From the NCBI GenBank assembly GCA_964016885.1, contig OZ024742.1:264740001-264804000 (forward strand): a stretch of DNA of 64,000 nt. Direction: 5' to 3'. The stretch comes from Eledone cirrhosa. Taxonomy: Eukaryota. The position numbers and the translations under genes were made by a program. This document shows positions 43,205-57,830 of this stretch, piece after piece (position 1 is the first letter of the stretch; each line of letters opens with the position of its first letter). Under the pieces are notes generated by a model. It did no database searches and was not told the origin of the DNA. It was given only the letters and a program-made list of their open reading frames with translations.

Positions 43205-45855
43205 CTACCTTTTATAGATAATGATAAAGATCTGGAAATAGAAATAACTCAAAGGTGGATGATAACATTAGAAACAACCACTATAATAATAGTTGCTCCG
43301 TGAATGATAAAAAACAGTCAGATAAATAACCAAAACCCCAGGATTTACAAATACATACAGAATAGGCACTGCACCCATTACAAGTACTCTCAATAAAATA
43401 AAAGTAACAACACTGCAGATAACCAAGGCACACAGAGCTGCGCTCAGTAATCCAATGATGGTATGCAAAAAATAATAAGGTTCATGATGATAATAATAAT
43501 AATATTTTCTAATTTAGGCACAAGCCAACAATTTTAGAGGAGGGGAAAATCAATTAAATCGACTCTAGTGTGTTACTAATTGTTTATCTTATAGACCCCC
43601 ATAAGGATGAAAGGTATAGTTGATTTCCGTGGGATTTGAACTCAGAACACAAAAGGAGTTAACTAAGTACTAAAAACAATTTTGTCCAGTGCTCTACAGG
43701 TTTTGCCTTGTTAATAATCGAAGAACCATAGCCATCATAATTACTTTTTTACCAATATTTGTGGCTCAACAAACAAAGTTGTAAAAGCAAAAAATTGATG
43801 TTTCTTTTTTCCATTAAAGATGCAAGGTGTATCCTGCTTTTTAGAATAAGTATACTGTAGTCCTGCATATCGTAAGAGGTGACCTAAAGGAAATGGTATC
43901 AGGAAGGGCATCCAGTTGAAAAACATTGTTTCAAACCATCTGATCTAAATAAATGCCAGCACAAAAGAGTGAAGGTAAAAATCAATGATCACTTTTTCCT
44001 TAGAGGTTCATGAGAGCAAAGACTTCAGATATGCCTTCCAGGTAGCTCCTATCAGAAGCAACCATCTCCAAATGATCTATCTAGGCCTCCAAGATAAACC
44101 AATCAAGCTTATGTATGTTATTCAACCATCAAAATATCTTGCTCATGATTTACCTCTGAGTATCCTGCCAGTTGGTTTTGTCCGTAAAATCTGCCCTACA
44201 GGTTTTTCCTTAGCCATTCTAGCCACATGGTAATCACTTTTACCTCCCATGAAATGCTATGTATATAACTTTATGTAGTTCTTGTGTTGCTCTTCCTGTG
44301 ACTATGACTATCTGTATCTACATGCGATACACATTTATGTAGTATCCATGTAATGTATATCATGTCTTCAAATTACAACCATACAAACCATGACAGTTGT
44401 ATTCAATCATGATATTGATGAGGATGTTGTAGTATTTGTTGTTGTTGTTGTTGTTATTCCTTTTGTCAGTGGGGGAGATGTAAATGTTATTGCTTTTACC
44501 CCTTTCATTAGCATATTTCTAATGGCTATGGCTTTCAATTAATTTTGAAAATAATAAAAGCAATTGAATGGATTTAATAAAATAACTATTAAACATACAG
44601 CTTTACAATCCACTAGGCCACTCACCTTCACAAACGTTGTGATACCATCCATTGTTACTATTATTAACTGAGTGGGTTTGTCATTTGCCTTACAGATAAA
44701 AATCTCTTCCTTTCTCAATTTCTCTTTTTTGTCTCTCTCTTCCTCTCTCACATATATTTACAGGCACCGAGTAAACACATTTTCACAAATACAAATGCAT
44801 ATTTATAAAATGGATGCAACATCAGTTAGTTCTATGTCTAAAATATAGAGTTAGCTCAGTTAATAAATGTGACATAGCATGCGGGTTGTCAACTTTTACA
44901 GCAGGATGCAAAAGACAGTTTAATCTGGCTTCTATGTCAACATACAGACACCCTTATACACTTGTACACACACACACACAACTCACACAAGTGTATTTAT
45001 CTTTACAAAGACAAGACAAAAGTTGATGTTTATATAAAATGACAATACTTATGAGATATATAACATACATAACAATCATAGAGGGGCATATGCCCACACA
45101 CATATACACACACATGCACCCACACCTCTGTGTGTGTAAATGTATATGAAATGTGAAGGTACATAGCTTAGTGGTTAGACTGTTCAGCTGAAGATCATAA
45201 AGTTGTGCAGTATGTCTTTGAGCAAGGCATTTATTTCATGTTGATTCAGTACACCCAGCTAGCAAAAATGAGTTGAACCTGTAACTTAAAAAAACAGCTT
45301 TGCTATACACATATCAAGCTGAATATCTCTGAGAAATATGTTAAGGGTACACGTGTCCATGGAATGCTCAGCCACTCGCACATTGATTTCACAATTAGGT
45401 GGTTCTGTTGATTGTATCAACTGGAACATTTGTCATTAGAACCAACTACAAAATATATGAGCTCCTCCTTTATTAACTGAGAATAATACAGGGCTTACTC
45501 AAGGGCATAAAGTCACATGTAGCATTCTAACCGTATAAAGGATTATATATACTCTGCTTTTTGTATTGAGTTATCTTATTTTTCGTTTGTACAACTAGTT
45601 GTACCTATATATGAATATATCATCATCATCAGTAGTCTGCTTTACATGCTGGTATGGATTAGATGAGTCATCTCAGTTTTAGTTTTTATTCAGAGTTACT
45701 GCTCTCCTAGCAGGGTTGGAAGACCATACCACATTGGTACATCCCACCATCATTATCATCCTTTCACATACTGTATTCCTTCATCATTTTCTCTGCTAGG
45801 TTCACACACACACACACACACACACACATATGTATATATATATATATATATATAT

Positions 45856-48210
45856 CATCATCATCATCATCATTATTTTACGTCTGATTTTCCCTGCTTG
45901 CAAGGGTGGAACGGGTCTTATTCAGCACAGCATCTCTCTACTCGTCACGGTCCCTCGTCATCTCCACCGTGAGCTTCAATGATCTGAGGTCTGTTCTCAC
46001 CACCTCCGCCCATGTTTTTCGTGGTCTACCTCTACCACGTCTTCCTTCAACTGGCAATTCCTGGCACTTCTTCACCCATCGGTCATCCTCCATGCGAATC
46101 ACATGTCCATACCACCTCAGTCTCCTCTCCCGTACACTACATTCTATCCCTCTCAGACAGTTTCTCTCTCAATACATTTATGCTGGGTCGTTCACGCACA
46201 TTTACACTGCACATCCAACGGAGCATGCTTGTCTCATTTCTCTCCAGCCGTCGCATATCCTCTGCAGTTGCTGCCCATGTCTCACTACCACGCAGCATCG
46301 CGCTCCTCACACAGGCATCATACAACCGGCCTTTCATACGCAGGGAGAAACCCTTCTTCGTCAACAGAGAAAGCAGCTCCCTAAACTTCTTCCAACCCGT
46401 CCTTATTCTAGATACTATGGCCTCGGAACACCCTCCTCCCATGCTAATCTGATCTTCTAGGTACCGGAAGCTATCCACCACTTCTATAGCGCCCTCTTGC
46501 ATTTGAAAAATGTGTCTATCAATGCGACTACTGTCTAATTTCCATGTACATCTACTGCATACATATTTGTCCCTACCTGTTAGTTTGCCTGCTATCCCGC
46601 TACATCTCTTGTGTACCCAGGATCTGCATTGTGTGCATTTTATAGAATTTATGCCAGTTCCTTTTCTGCATATCGAACATGGCCATTTCCCTGACAGAAT
46701 CAGGGTTTTGTCCTCTTTTCTACTCATCAACACTTTTGTATTAGCTAGATTCACTCTCAGTCCTCTTGCTTCCAACTGCTGTTTCCATAGCCAGAATTTA
46801 TTCTCTAGCTCCTCTACTGATTCTGCTATAAGAACCAGATCGTCAGCATAGAGAAGTTCCCATGGACAGCCAGTCTTAAACTCCTCTGTTATGGCTTGGA
46901 GGACTATAAGGAACAACAGCGGGCTGAGGACCGAACCCTGATGTACTCCTACTTGTATCTGGAATTCCTCACTAAACTCCATTCCTACCCTGACTTTACT
47001 GAGAGTACCTCTGTACAAAGTTTGCACTGTCCTCACAAGCCATTCCTCAACACCTAGCTTCCTTAGGGACCACCAGATGACAGATCGGGGTACCCTATCA
47101 AAGGCCTTCTCTAGGTCAACAAAGGCTAAGTATAGTGGCTTATTCTTCTCTAAGAACCTCTCTTGCAATTGTCTCACCAAGAAGAGGGCATCTGTTGTAC
47201 TCTTCCCAGGCACAAAACCAAACTGCATCTCATCTAGTTTGGCCCTTTCTCTAATTAGTTGTGCTAAAATCCTTTCTGCCACTTTCATAACCTGATCTAT
47301 CAGTTTTATACCCTATAATTGCTCCTCTCCAAAGCATCCCCTTTACCTTTGTAGCAATTTATGAGAATACTGCTGCACCAGTCTTTGGGTATGACACCAC
47401 CATATATAGCCTGATTGATGATGCGTGCAACCAGTTTAGTGCCTACCTCCCCTGATGCCTTCAGCATCTCAGCAACTATTCCCGATGGTCCGGCAGCCTT
47501 ACCATTTTTCATTTCCCTAATCGCCTCTTGGACCCTATATTCGTCAATCTCAATAGCTGGTCCCTCTGTCGGATCCACCAAGGGTAATTTCTCTCTTTCC
47601 CATTCGTTCTCCACATTCATCAGTCTCTCATAATGACATTTCCAGGCCTCCTTTTTCTGATCATTCGTGACACTAAGTACACCGGCATCATCCCGGACAC
47701 ATTTATCTCCAACAACATCCTGATTTGCATTGACACACTGCCTTGCAATGTGGAACACCGCACGCCTCTGGTCTTCTCGTCGCAGAACATTGGCAAACCT
47801 CCTACTCTCTGCCTCCCTGCGTGCTAAGTACACCTGACGTCTAGCTTCTCTCTTAGTGGCTGTATATTTTTCCCTACTCCCACCCTTTTTCCAAGCCTTC
47901 CATGCTAGTCTTTTGTCTCTAATAGCCTTATCTACTGTGCTGTTCCACCACCAGGTCACTCTCTGTCTGGTTGGAGCTCTGCTCCAGCCACAGGTTTCAT
48001 CAGTAGCCTGCAGCAAGTTGTCACGTAAGAAATTCCAGTTATTATCTATGTCATACGTCTCTAAATCGTCTTCTTTTTCATCATATACATCTTGAAGGGC
48101 TTTCCTAAATTTGTATTTTAGTGAAAGGTCTTTTAGCTTCCAGACCTTTCTTCTCCACACCTTCCTATATGTCTCATTCCATCTCTTGCTTACTGAGATA
48201 TCACTAACAA
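45856..48210 (-). mobile_element. RTE-clade LINE, 5'-truncated, frameshifted, with (ATG)n tail
   Basis: ORFs 47306-48160 (TWWWN, KNGKAAGPSGI, YKGKGDALERSNYR) and 46137-47288 (QFGFVPG, FVDLEKAFDRVPR, HQGSVLSPLLF, LLYADD, SETW). Confidence 0.92.
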
Positions 48211-49599
48211 CTAACCTAGAGATTGTGTAGCAATAATGCCTTTCTCGAAAACATTAGCGATGTATTGAAATAAAATAGCTATATTTTGACATCTGGTGAA
48301 CTTAGAAGTTTGTATTGTCTTAGGAATTAGAATGTCTTGATCCAATGCAGTATGCTTTAGTTTGAAGAAAATTCTTGAGAAAAGCATAAAATTCACAACT
48401 CACATTTCCTTCTCCCACAAATCTGAGATTTGATGCTTATGTAGTAATCAAAATAGTTTTTCATGTACCTTGGGATAGAACTATAAAGTTAGGGTTCCAG
48501 TACTTGTATGTAATAGTTGGTTGAGTAATTGTGTAAATCTCTCTTGTTATCTCTTTTGACAACACTTCATACTAATAGCAACTATTTCTGGTCAGCTCTA
48601 ATATTACATACCTTTGTAAATATAAATCTGAAGTCCCAATTGGCTCATATGGGCAAGTGCTTAGCTCTAGTTTCTTGGCTTGAAGCAGATGAAGGGTATA
48701 TCTTGCCCTGGATAGGACATGTTTCTATTTATTTAATATTCTCAGTTAGGTGAACTAAAGTAATGTACAATAAAGTGTTCTGCTTGGAAAGATGAAGCCC
48801 CTGCAATGGATGTATACTCATGATCTGTGAATAGGCAGTGTAGTATATTATTTAAGTGAATGTTCAGAACCAACCTGTGGATCCAGTTCTATCTAGTCTA
48901 AAATTGCACAATATTTCCATCATTCAGTGTTTTGTACAGTAAGGTAGCCTTAACATATTATACCCAGATTAATACTGAACTTATATGTTGAAAGTTTCTC
49001 ATGGTAACTGTAACAGAAGCAGGTGGGAAGAATCAGATTACTTCAATTTTTCTGTATTTATAAATGGAAACTTTCAACTTTGCACACATATTTGATCAGA
49101 TAGCTGGTTTATATTGCAGCTATTTTGGTGCATGTGATGTGTCTATTTTGTGGTTTGCCTGAAGTAACAGTTTTAAACCTTAGTTTTATTTACTATTGAT
49201 TCTTGACATACAAGATTGTGTTAGGCTACTTTACCCAGTGCTTGTCTATTGAATAGAATTCTAAATATGGCAGATTTACTTTGGAAATACTATGACATTC
49301 ATGAAGATAAGGCAGAAGTGAGAAAATGATATCACTGTATTGGATCTATAATGAAAAGTTAATCATTTTATCACACTAATTAGAGAAATTTATGCAATCA
49401 AACTGGGTTTATAATTAGATTTTTATTTTTTTGAATCTCTTTCATTTTCAACAATCTCTTTGTATGTATGATTATATGCTAATATTCATACATGTGTCTT
49501 AGTGTATGTGCATGTTTGCTTATACATATATATGTATGCACATATATATATATATATGCACATACATACAACACATATATGGGCATTCAACACAACCAC

Positions 49600-49940
49600 T
49601 GTAGAAACTCTTGCAACATAAGATGGAGTGAATAATACACAGCATCACCTTACATGACAGGAAGAGCAACATCAGAATTTGACAGCAGACTGGAGTGAAG
49701 GACATATTTGAGACCATCAAGAAGGGTAAACATAGATGGACTGACTGCTTCTTTATCTTGGAGACAACAGGTGAACTATTAGAGCAACTGAGTGGATACC
49801 AAGGCTGTGGAGAAGAATTAGAGGGCAGCCAGATGCCATGATGATCTGACCAAATACCTCAGCCCTGCATGGACAGATACAGGAAGTAGTGGTCAAACAG
49901 AGAGGGGTTTTTCCAACAGGAGTGAGAAGGCTTTGGATTT
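49600..49940 (+). mobile_element. Decayed RTE LINE 3' fragment
   Basis: Remnants ITLHDRKSN..QQTGVKDIFETIKKGKHRW..RATEWIPR..RGQP. Confidence 0.6.
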
Positions 49941-51079
49941 GGATATACAGACACACCTACACATACATAGACATATACGAGCCCTCATATACACTCATAC
50001 ATATATATACATGTGTATGTGTGTTGCATAAATAGTCCTTGCTCCTAAATATACTGAAGTATATATGTGGTCTATGAAGCTGTTGTTTAGCTTCAGGACA
50101 GTATTGATTAAGTAGTGCTTTTATGATGAAAGATGTTTCAGTAAATAGATTACCTTTTCTTTTTGTATAACTAAGACTCCATTATCTAATGCACCTTTCT
50201 TGTTTTAAAACAGTAAGATGTTATTTCAAGGAATTTCGCTGCTATATCAAGCCTGTAGAGTCTTCCCAATTAGGGTAGACCATGAGGTTCCAAACATATT
50301 CTATGCACAATGGCTTACCATCCTAATTTTTAATCCTTTCATTACAATATTTCTCATGAAATTTACTCTATTTCAATCAATTAATGAAAAATTTTAAGAG
50401 TTTTACTAAAATTATCAATTATTACATTATTAAGATGATATTTATAACATACCTTGATAAAAGGTTCTTCTGTCAAATTTTGCTGGGAGATTTTAATTTA
50501 AAATGGGGGTTTTATTTCATAGAAATATAGCTCGTTTGGGGTGGGTTGGTATGAAAACAATTAAATGCAAACAAAATATTGTTTTAGACAGAATTATTTT
50601 CATATAAAAAAAAGCTTGATAAATGTTTACCAAATTTTATCAAAAGACACTTGTGTGTGTGTGTGTGTGTGCGCGCGCGCGCGTGTGTGTGCGCACGTGC
50701 GTGTGTGTGCACGTGCATGTGCGTGCACGTGCATGTGCGTGCGTCTATGGTACAATCACTGCCAAAACCAATAATATCAATTCTGCTAGAGGTGTTAGCA
50801 TTTTATAAAACTGTTTGCAACAAATTGCTCAAAATTACTAATACTAACACAATACGAATATTTGACTTATCTTGCAAAAGTGTTGTTGTTGCTGTTGCTG
50901 TCTCTACTACTCCAATCTTCAGTAATCACCATTGTGATTGTCACATTTTACAATTTATCTTTGGCATTTTTTAGAGAGATTTATTTATTTGGGGTGAGAA
51001 GGGAGAGGGAGGGTTTCTTAGTGCTCAAGTAAAAAATATATATATGTATTGATGCAAATATTCCTTTATTTATGCAGAT

Positions 51080-51435
51080 ATGTGTATTCTCATTACCTTC
51101 ACCACCACCATCATCATTATCATCTTCACCACCACCAACTACACCACAACCACCATCACCAACACCACCACCACCATCATCATTATCATCTTCACCACCA
51201 CCAACTACACCACCATCATCATCATTATCAACTTCACCAACTACACCACAACCACCATCACCGACACCACCACCACCACCATCATCATCATTATCGTCTT
51301 CACCACCACCATCTACATCACAACCACCATCACCGACACCACCACCACCATCATGATCAACATTACCACCATCACAACCATCATGAACATCATCACCAAT
51401 ACCACTGAGACAAACATCACCACCACCACCATCAG
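51080..51435. repeat. (CAC/CAT)n low-complexity tract with internal duplications
   Basis: Direct sequence. Confidence 0.9.
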
Positions 51436-51693
51436 TTACACTGTGTTGCTACTCCTGCTTACAAGGACACACACATGCCACTAATGAGGGTTAGTTACAG
51501 CCTGTGTTGGACTTACCTATAGGTTTTAACTTAGAGCCACACACCCTTGGAGGCCTCATTTAAAAAAATATTTTTAAATTTTATCATTAGTTTTTATTCT
51601 TTAACACTAAATCATCAAGCGTTATATATATATATATATATATATATATGTAAATATGATAATAAGGGCGCTGTGGAGTTGCAAATGGGTTAC

Positions 51694-51860
51694 ATATGAA
51701 AAAAGTTTGTCCTTCATCAGTGATCTTCCAACTATCATAGGCATTTCATCGCTTTAAAGACCATATACCTCCAGTTGGTGCGAGCAACCGGAGGTATATG
51801 GTCTTTAAAGCGATGAAATGCCTATGATAGTTGGAAGATCACTGATGAAGGACAAACTTT

Positions 51861-51868
<8 letters not shown>
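51694..51868. repeat. Perfect 79-bp-stem fold-back palindrome abutting (TA)n
   Basis: atatgaaaaaagtttgtccttcatcagtg...atacctcc / ggaggtat...cactgatgaaggacaaacttttttcatat. Confidence 0.95.
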
Positions 51869-51912
<44 letters not shown>

Positions 51913-52003
51913 TTATGTAAAAGGCAAACAGAAATAACAACACAATCGGTACAGTATATGGAAGTAATATATTAGGTTAACGCTTGAAATAGCAGGAAGA
52001 GGA

Positions 52004-52039
52004 TCTTAACGTTTTGGACGCCAGTCCTTCATCAAAAGA
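52004..52039 (-). ncRNA. Degenerate minimal type-I hammerhead
   Basis: Minus strand: tctt (T)TGATGA a ggac tggc gtcc (A)AAA cg TT aaga. All stems pair; two core bases are mutated. Confidence 0.6.
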
Positions 52040-52054
52040 AAGAATGAGAAATTA

Positions 52055-52113
<59 letters not shown>

Positions 52114-52559
52114 CTTAAATGATAATAGCAGTGTTGCTATCATTGGGTATATACTTTACAAGAAGATGTAAAGCTCAATGCAGTAGGGTTCATGCAGAGC
52201 TGATATATATCAACTCTTTGGTGTTTATTATTCTTTTGCTAGCGTGGAAGAACGGACGTAAAACGGTGATGATGATGATGATGATGATGATATATATATA
52301 TGTGTGTGTGTGTGTGTATGTGTGTGTGTGTTATTTGTTCTTTATCATCAACATTAATGCAAAATAATAATAAAACTTTTTTTAAAGAAGGGCCTCACAT
52401 TTCATATAGCTTAGGGCCTCAGAGGTGAATGTCTGTTCCTAGTTACAGCTAAGTGTACGTAGCCCTTTGTGGTTTTAGTGTCTTCATCATAGATACTGTA
52501 GCGCATAATTCAATAGGTTATGGAATATAGACACTTTCATTAGCATTTCATTATACTAT

Positions 52560-53003
52560 GAAGGCGCATAGCTTAGTGGTTAGAGCATTGGGCTTGCAAT
52601 TGAAAGGTTGTGAGTTCATTTCTTGGACCGGGTGATGTGTTGTTTCCTTGAGCAAGACACTTTATTTCACGTTGTTCCAGTTTACTCAGCTGTAGAACTG
52701 AGATGATAGGACTTGGGTCCCTATCATTCCACTGCAAAGTGGTCATGGAGGTGCCATGGCAAAAAGCACCCAGCCCACACTGTAAATTGGACGTGTAGGC
52801 ACCATGGTAAAAAAACACCCAGCACTCACTGTAAATGAGGTTGGTGTTAGGAAGGGCATCCAGCTGTAGAAATCAAGCCAGAATCAGTTCCCGTATGAGC
52901 AAGACAAGGTCAGTCGACCGGACACTGCCCACAACAGGACAACCCGTCTAACCCATGCTAGCGTGGAAGAATGAACGTAAAACGGTGATGATGAACGGTG
53001 ATG
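52560..53003 (+). mobile_element. Full-length tRNA-derived CORE-type SINE with RTE-like tail
   Basis: gaaggcgcatagcttagtggttagagc head, ccttgagcaagacacttt core, tail ...gaacgtaaaacggtgatgatg. Confidence 0.85.
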
Positions 53004-53909
53004 TATGTAAGTGAATATCACCCGAAGAAGAAACAATGACAGGAGGATCCTGGCTGGAATGCTTTTGATTATAGGCCTGTTGGTTCAGTGTAGATATTAG
53101 ACTAAAAAACAGTCTGAGTTCACCATGATTTGAAATTAAGTAGAGAACTTCTGACTCAACTAGCCTTATCTCTAACTTCTGGATAAAAAAAATTAATTCA
53201 AAACGGCATTTTACACATTAACTCTTGAGTAGTCTTTTAAATCTATTTTAATACCATATCAAGAAATGGGACATAAAGCCGTTTATAAGTTTATCACAGT
53301 CCTAAGTATTATATTTTATATATTTATTTATTGTAGTTTCACTATATAGTGGAATCAACTGAACATTAATTTATGGTGGTTTATTTCTTTTCTTTTTCTT
53401 TCTTTCTTTTTTTATAAACTGCATATTTTCTTTCAGTTGCTTGTAAATACAATATAAGCTGAAATATGTGTACATTACATTTTAGTAAAAAATAAAGAAA
53501 CAAAAGTAGATAAATCAATATTAATAAGCCATGCAATAGGTTTCTGAAAACATATCTATTTAGACTGAGGAAATTTATTATTAATAGGTTATAGATATTG
53601 TGGTATATTAATGATTAACGTTTGAAGAATTTAAAGAATACTTACAATAACATATCAATTCTTTAATTGTTTTTCTTTCTAGGTTTGTTTCTTTTTTCTT
53701 TTTTTTTTTGTAATTTGAGGGTAGATGCCCATGGATCACAACACATCCATCTAACTTATGTTGGTGAAAAACAAACATTCAAACATTGATTATGTTGGTA
53801 ATGATGATATTGTGGCAGTGTTAGTGGTGTGACTGATGATAGGGAGAGTTGGTGTAGATTGTGGTAATGGCAGATAGAAGAAATATATCAACAGAAATAT
53901 AAACAAAAT

Positions 53910-54606
53910 CAATGTTGCGAGATACTCCTCCTCTCAAGGAAACCTGTGCAGTGCATTCTGCATGTGAGTGGAGTTACACTGAAACAGGTGGAGAAGCTCA
54001 AGTATCTCAGGGTGGTTTTCATAAGTGATGCTAGTAGGAGGCAGAATTAAATGCAAGAATCGCTGGAGAGCTGGTGCAGTATTTTGCCAGCTTCAGCACT
54101 TGGTTATCAGAAGAAGGAAGATAGGTGGAAAAGCTAAACCTGCTATCTTCAATTCAGTGTTCCTTTGTTCCCTTATTTATGGTTAGGAATCACGAATAAT
54201 GACTGATAGAATATGATTGGGAATATAAGTAGATAAAATAGGTTTCTCCAGTGGATCTTTGGAGTAATATTATATATAGTGCATAGCTCGGAGATCAGGG
54301 AGTTACTCCAGGTAGAGCCACTGCTTCTCTGACTTGAGAGATCACAGGCCCGATACTGTTGTTAAATGGTTAGAATGTCTAAAGAGAGAATTGTGGGACA
54401 GATTTTATGGGAAAAGCAAACCAGCAGGAGACCCAAAGGTAGACCTTGGATGTTGGGATAACATCCATAAATTCAATTGGTCTGACTTAGGGATCCAGCT
54501 GGATCAATTGGAAATTGTTGCTTCTGATAGGACTCTTTGAAAGGATTGTCTGAAAAACCTGACCACATGACCCTCCTGGGGAAAAGTGGTAAAAGAAGAC
54601 GAAGAA
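53910..54606 (+). mobile_element. 5'-truncated RTE LINE (same family as 4816-5830), (GAA)n tail
   Basis: Nucleotide homology to 5200-5830. Confidence 0.8.
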
Positions 54607-54645
54607 AAATTCCAATTCTATTTTGCTGTTGAGTAGCATTTTATC

Positions 54646-56312
54646 ATATGTAGCAATTCAAGGTTTCATATCCTTAAGATATATAGCAATTCAATGAATT
54701 CAATAAAGAACCGTGCACTGGTAAATTCTACAACCCTCGCCAATAAAATCTGGCAACTTAAGGACAAAAACGTTGATTACAATATTACCTGGTTGAAATT
54801 AGCGACCACAAAGGCCTATAGCAGCGGTATGTCCCATTGCGGGCTCTGCAACCTTGAATTGCTACATATCTTAAGGAACGATAAAATGCTACTCAACAAC
54901 AAAATAGAAAGGTCAATTTTCTGCAGACATAGGATTACTACAAAATTCACGAGATTTAAACCACCGTGATTCAAACCAGCATCCCCTATATTAATGGAAA
55001 ATCACTTAGCATTTAACATATGGAATCCGCATTCTCACACAGCCCACTTCAGAACCATAACCTTCTATAAACACCTTCTAGCCTCCCTACATATATACCA
55101 CTAGGATGGGGCAGTAATGCCTACAATTATCTTGTCAGCCCATAAATCAATCCCATCTTTGCTGTTGTTTATTCCTTCGGACCAAACAATTATATCTACG
55201 TATCTCATATTAGCACTAGAGATCTCTAACTGATGAACTTAATTCTAAGTACATTATCTTATTACTCCTACACTCCTTGAAATCTTATTTTCTTATTATT
55301 ATTATTATGATCATCTCAATGTATCACTAATTTTATTCATCATGTTCTCTCTATTTACCATGCATATTTTATTGTTTTTATTACTTTTATTATCTCTATT
55401 ATTGTTGTTATTATTGTCTTATTTATACACTATTTGTTATTGATGTTGTGAAAACTAAACCCCCATGATTCGAAATAACAATCCCAACTTTTAGAATCAT
55501 CCACCTAAACCTTTAAATACCGAATCTACAACTTCACTTAATACCACATAAGAACCATATATCTCTATACACCACTCTATCAATCTCACTAAGTTGATAC
55601 AACGAAAATACTTATCTGTCAAACTATAAATCAATTTCTGGTTTATTGTTAGTGTGCTTTTAAACCTACAGCACACTTATATCCCTCATAATTACTCCTA
55701 AATCCTGACTCCAAGTACATTTTATCAGTTATCTCTTCACCACTTTAATACTACATCTAATGTACCCTATAGCAGTTTTCAAATGTCAATTTCATACATC
55801 TGTATCATATCAGCTCATTTAATATGCTAGATTTATCATTACACTATATTTCTTACTTATATTGATGTTATTATTTTAACTATTCAGTATCTAGTTATTT
55901 TATTATTGATATTATTGTTCTGGTTTAATACCACTCCTCTATAAAAGCCATGCCTTGAGTATTTTCCTCACTTCCGCACGCTCTGATGAAACGACTGGTT
56001 ATAAACAAAGTATTGGAGATCGATTGATGCAACATCAAGCGATTAGCGAACTCTAGACCTACCAGATCAAAGAAACAATTGTCAGCAATGTGAATGAAGC
56101 CCTTATTGTATAGCCTACCATGTCACTCTTCTTTCTTGAATTATTATTACTCCAAGTATAACCTATATAGAAATCACCGCGAACTCGCCGCATCACTATG
56201 GAAGCGTCTTGTTGAGTCAAACTAAGCCATACGTTAATACCATCCACAACACGGAGTACTCTAACTGGACTAGATCTAAGTGGAGTGCTTATAACGATAA
56301 CCTGTTATCCCG
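54646..56312 (+). mobile_element. Second Naiad-like PLE, 5'-truncated: GIY-YIG C-terminus + about 1.3-kb 3' UTR + HHR, ending in (TA)n
   Basis: ORF 54694-54969 (NSTTLANKIWQLK..YNITW..CGLCNLE..LLNNK..CRH) aligns with the C-terminus of ORF 14410-15201. Confidence 0.85.
55977..56092 (+). ncRNA. Type-I hammerhead with about 80-nt stem II
   Basis: gct CTGATGA (55983-55989) ...ga ctggt ... accag a tc... GAAA (56072-56075) caattg TC agc. Palindromic stem III acaattgt; GUC triplet. Confidence 0.7.
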
Positions 56313-57166
<854 letters not shown>

Positions 57167-57286
57167 TTCGTCTTCAGTACATCTATGTACATATATATAC
57201 ATATATATATACATATATATGTACATATATATATACATATATATGTACATATATATGTACATACATATATACATATATATACATAT

Positions 57287-57663
<377 letters not shown>

Positions 57664-57710
57664 GGTTACAGAGCTTAATAGTTATGTAATAAACAACATA
57701 AGATAAATTA

Positions 57711-57771
57711 TTTCATTTACCAGTGGTTTCTTGAAAGCAAACAAAATTTGCTTTCAGTCATCAGAATGAAA
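57711..57771 (-). ncRNA. Complete type-I hammerhead ribozyme
   Basis: Minus strand: tttcatt CTGATGA c tgaaagcaaa ttttg tttgctttca a GAAA ccactgg TA aatgaaa. 7-bp stem I, 10-bp stem II, GUA triplet. Confidence 0.85.
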
Positions 57772-57773
57772 AA

Positions 57774-57830
57774 ATTCTGATGACTGAAAGCAAATTTTGT
57801 TTGCTTTCAAGAAACCACTGGTAAATGAAA
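57774..57830 (+). ncRNA. Type-I hammerhead, inverted twin (stem I shortened to 3 bp)
   Basis: att CTGATGA (57777-57783) ... GAAA (57811-57814) ccactgg TA aat. Confidence 0.75.

Noticed and set aside
51049-51484. Poly-His / Pro-Ser / Thr ORFs
   Set aside because: All three frames are open over a (CAC/CAT)n tract, with no splice or domain support.
52560-52640. tRNA gene
   Set aside because: The A/B boxes belong to a SINE head; there is no intact cloverleaf and it continues into CORE and LINE-tail sequence.
55225-55260. CTGATGA actta attc taagt as a hammerhead
   Set aside because: No GAAA, stem III or stem I follows.
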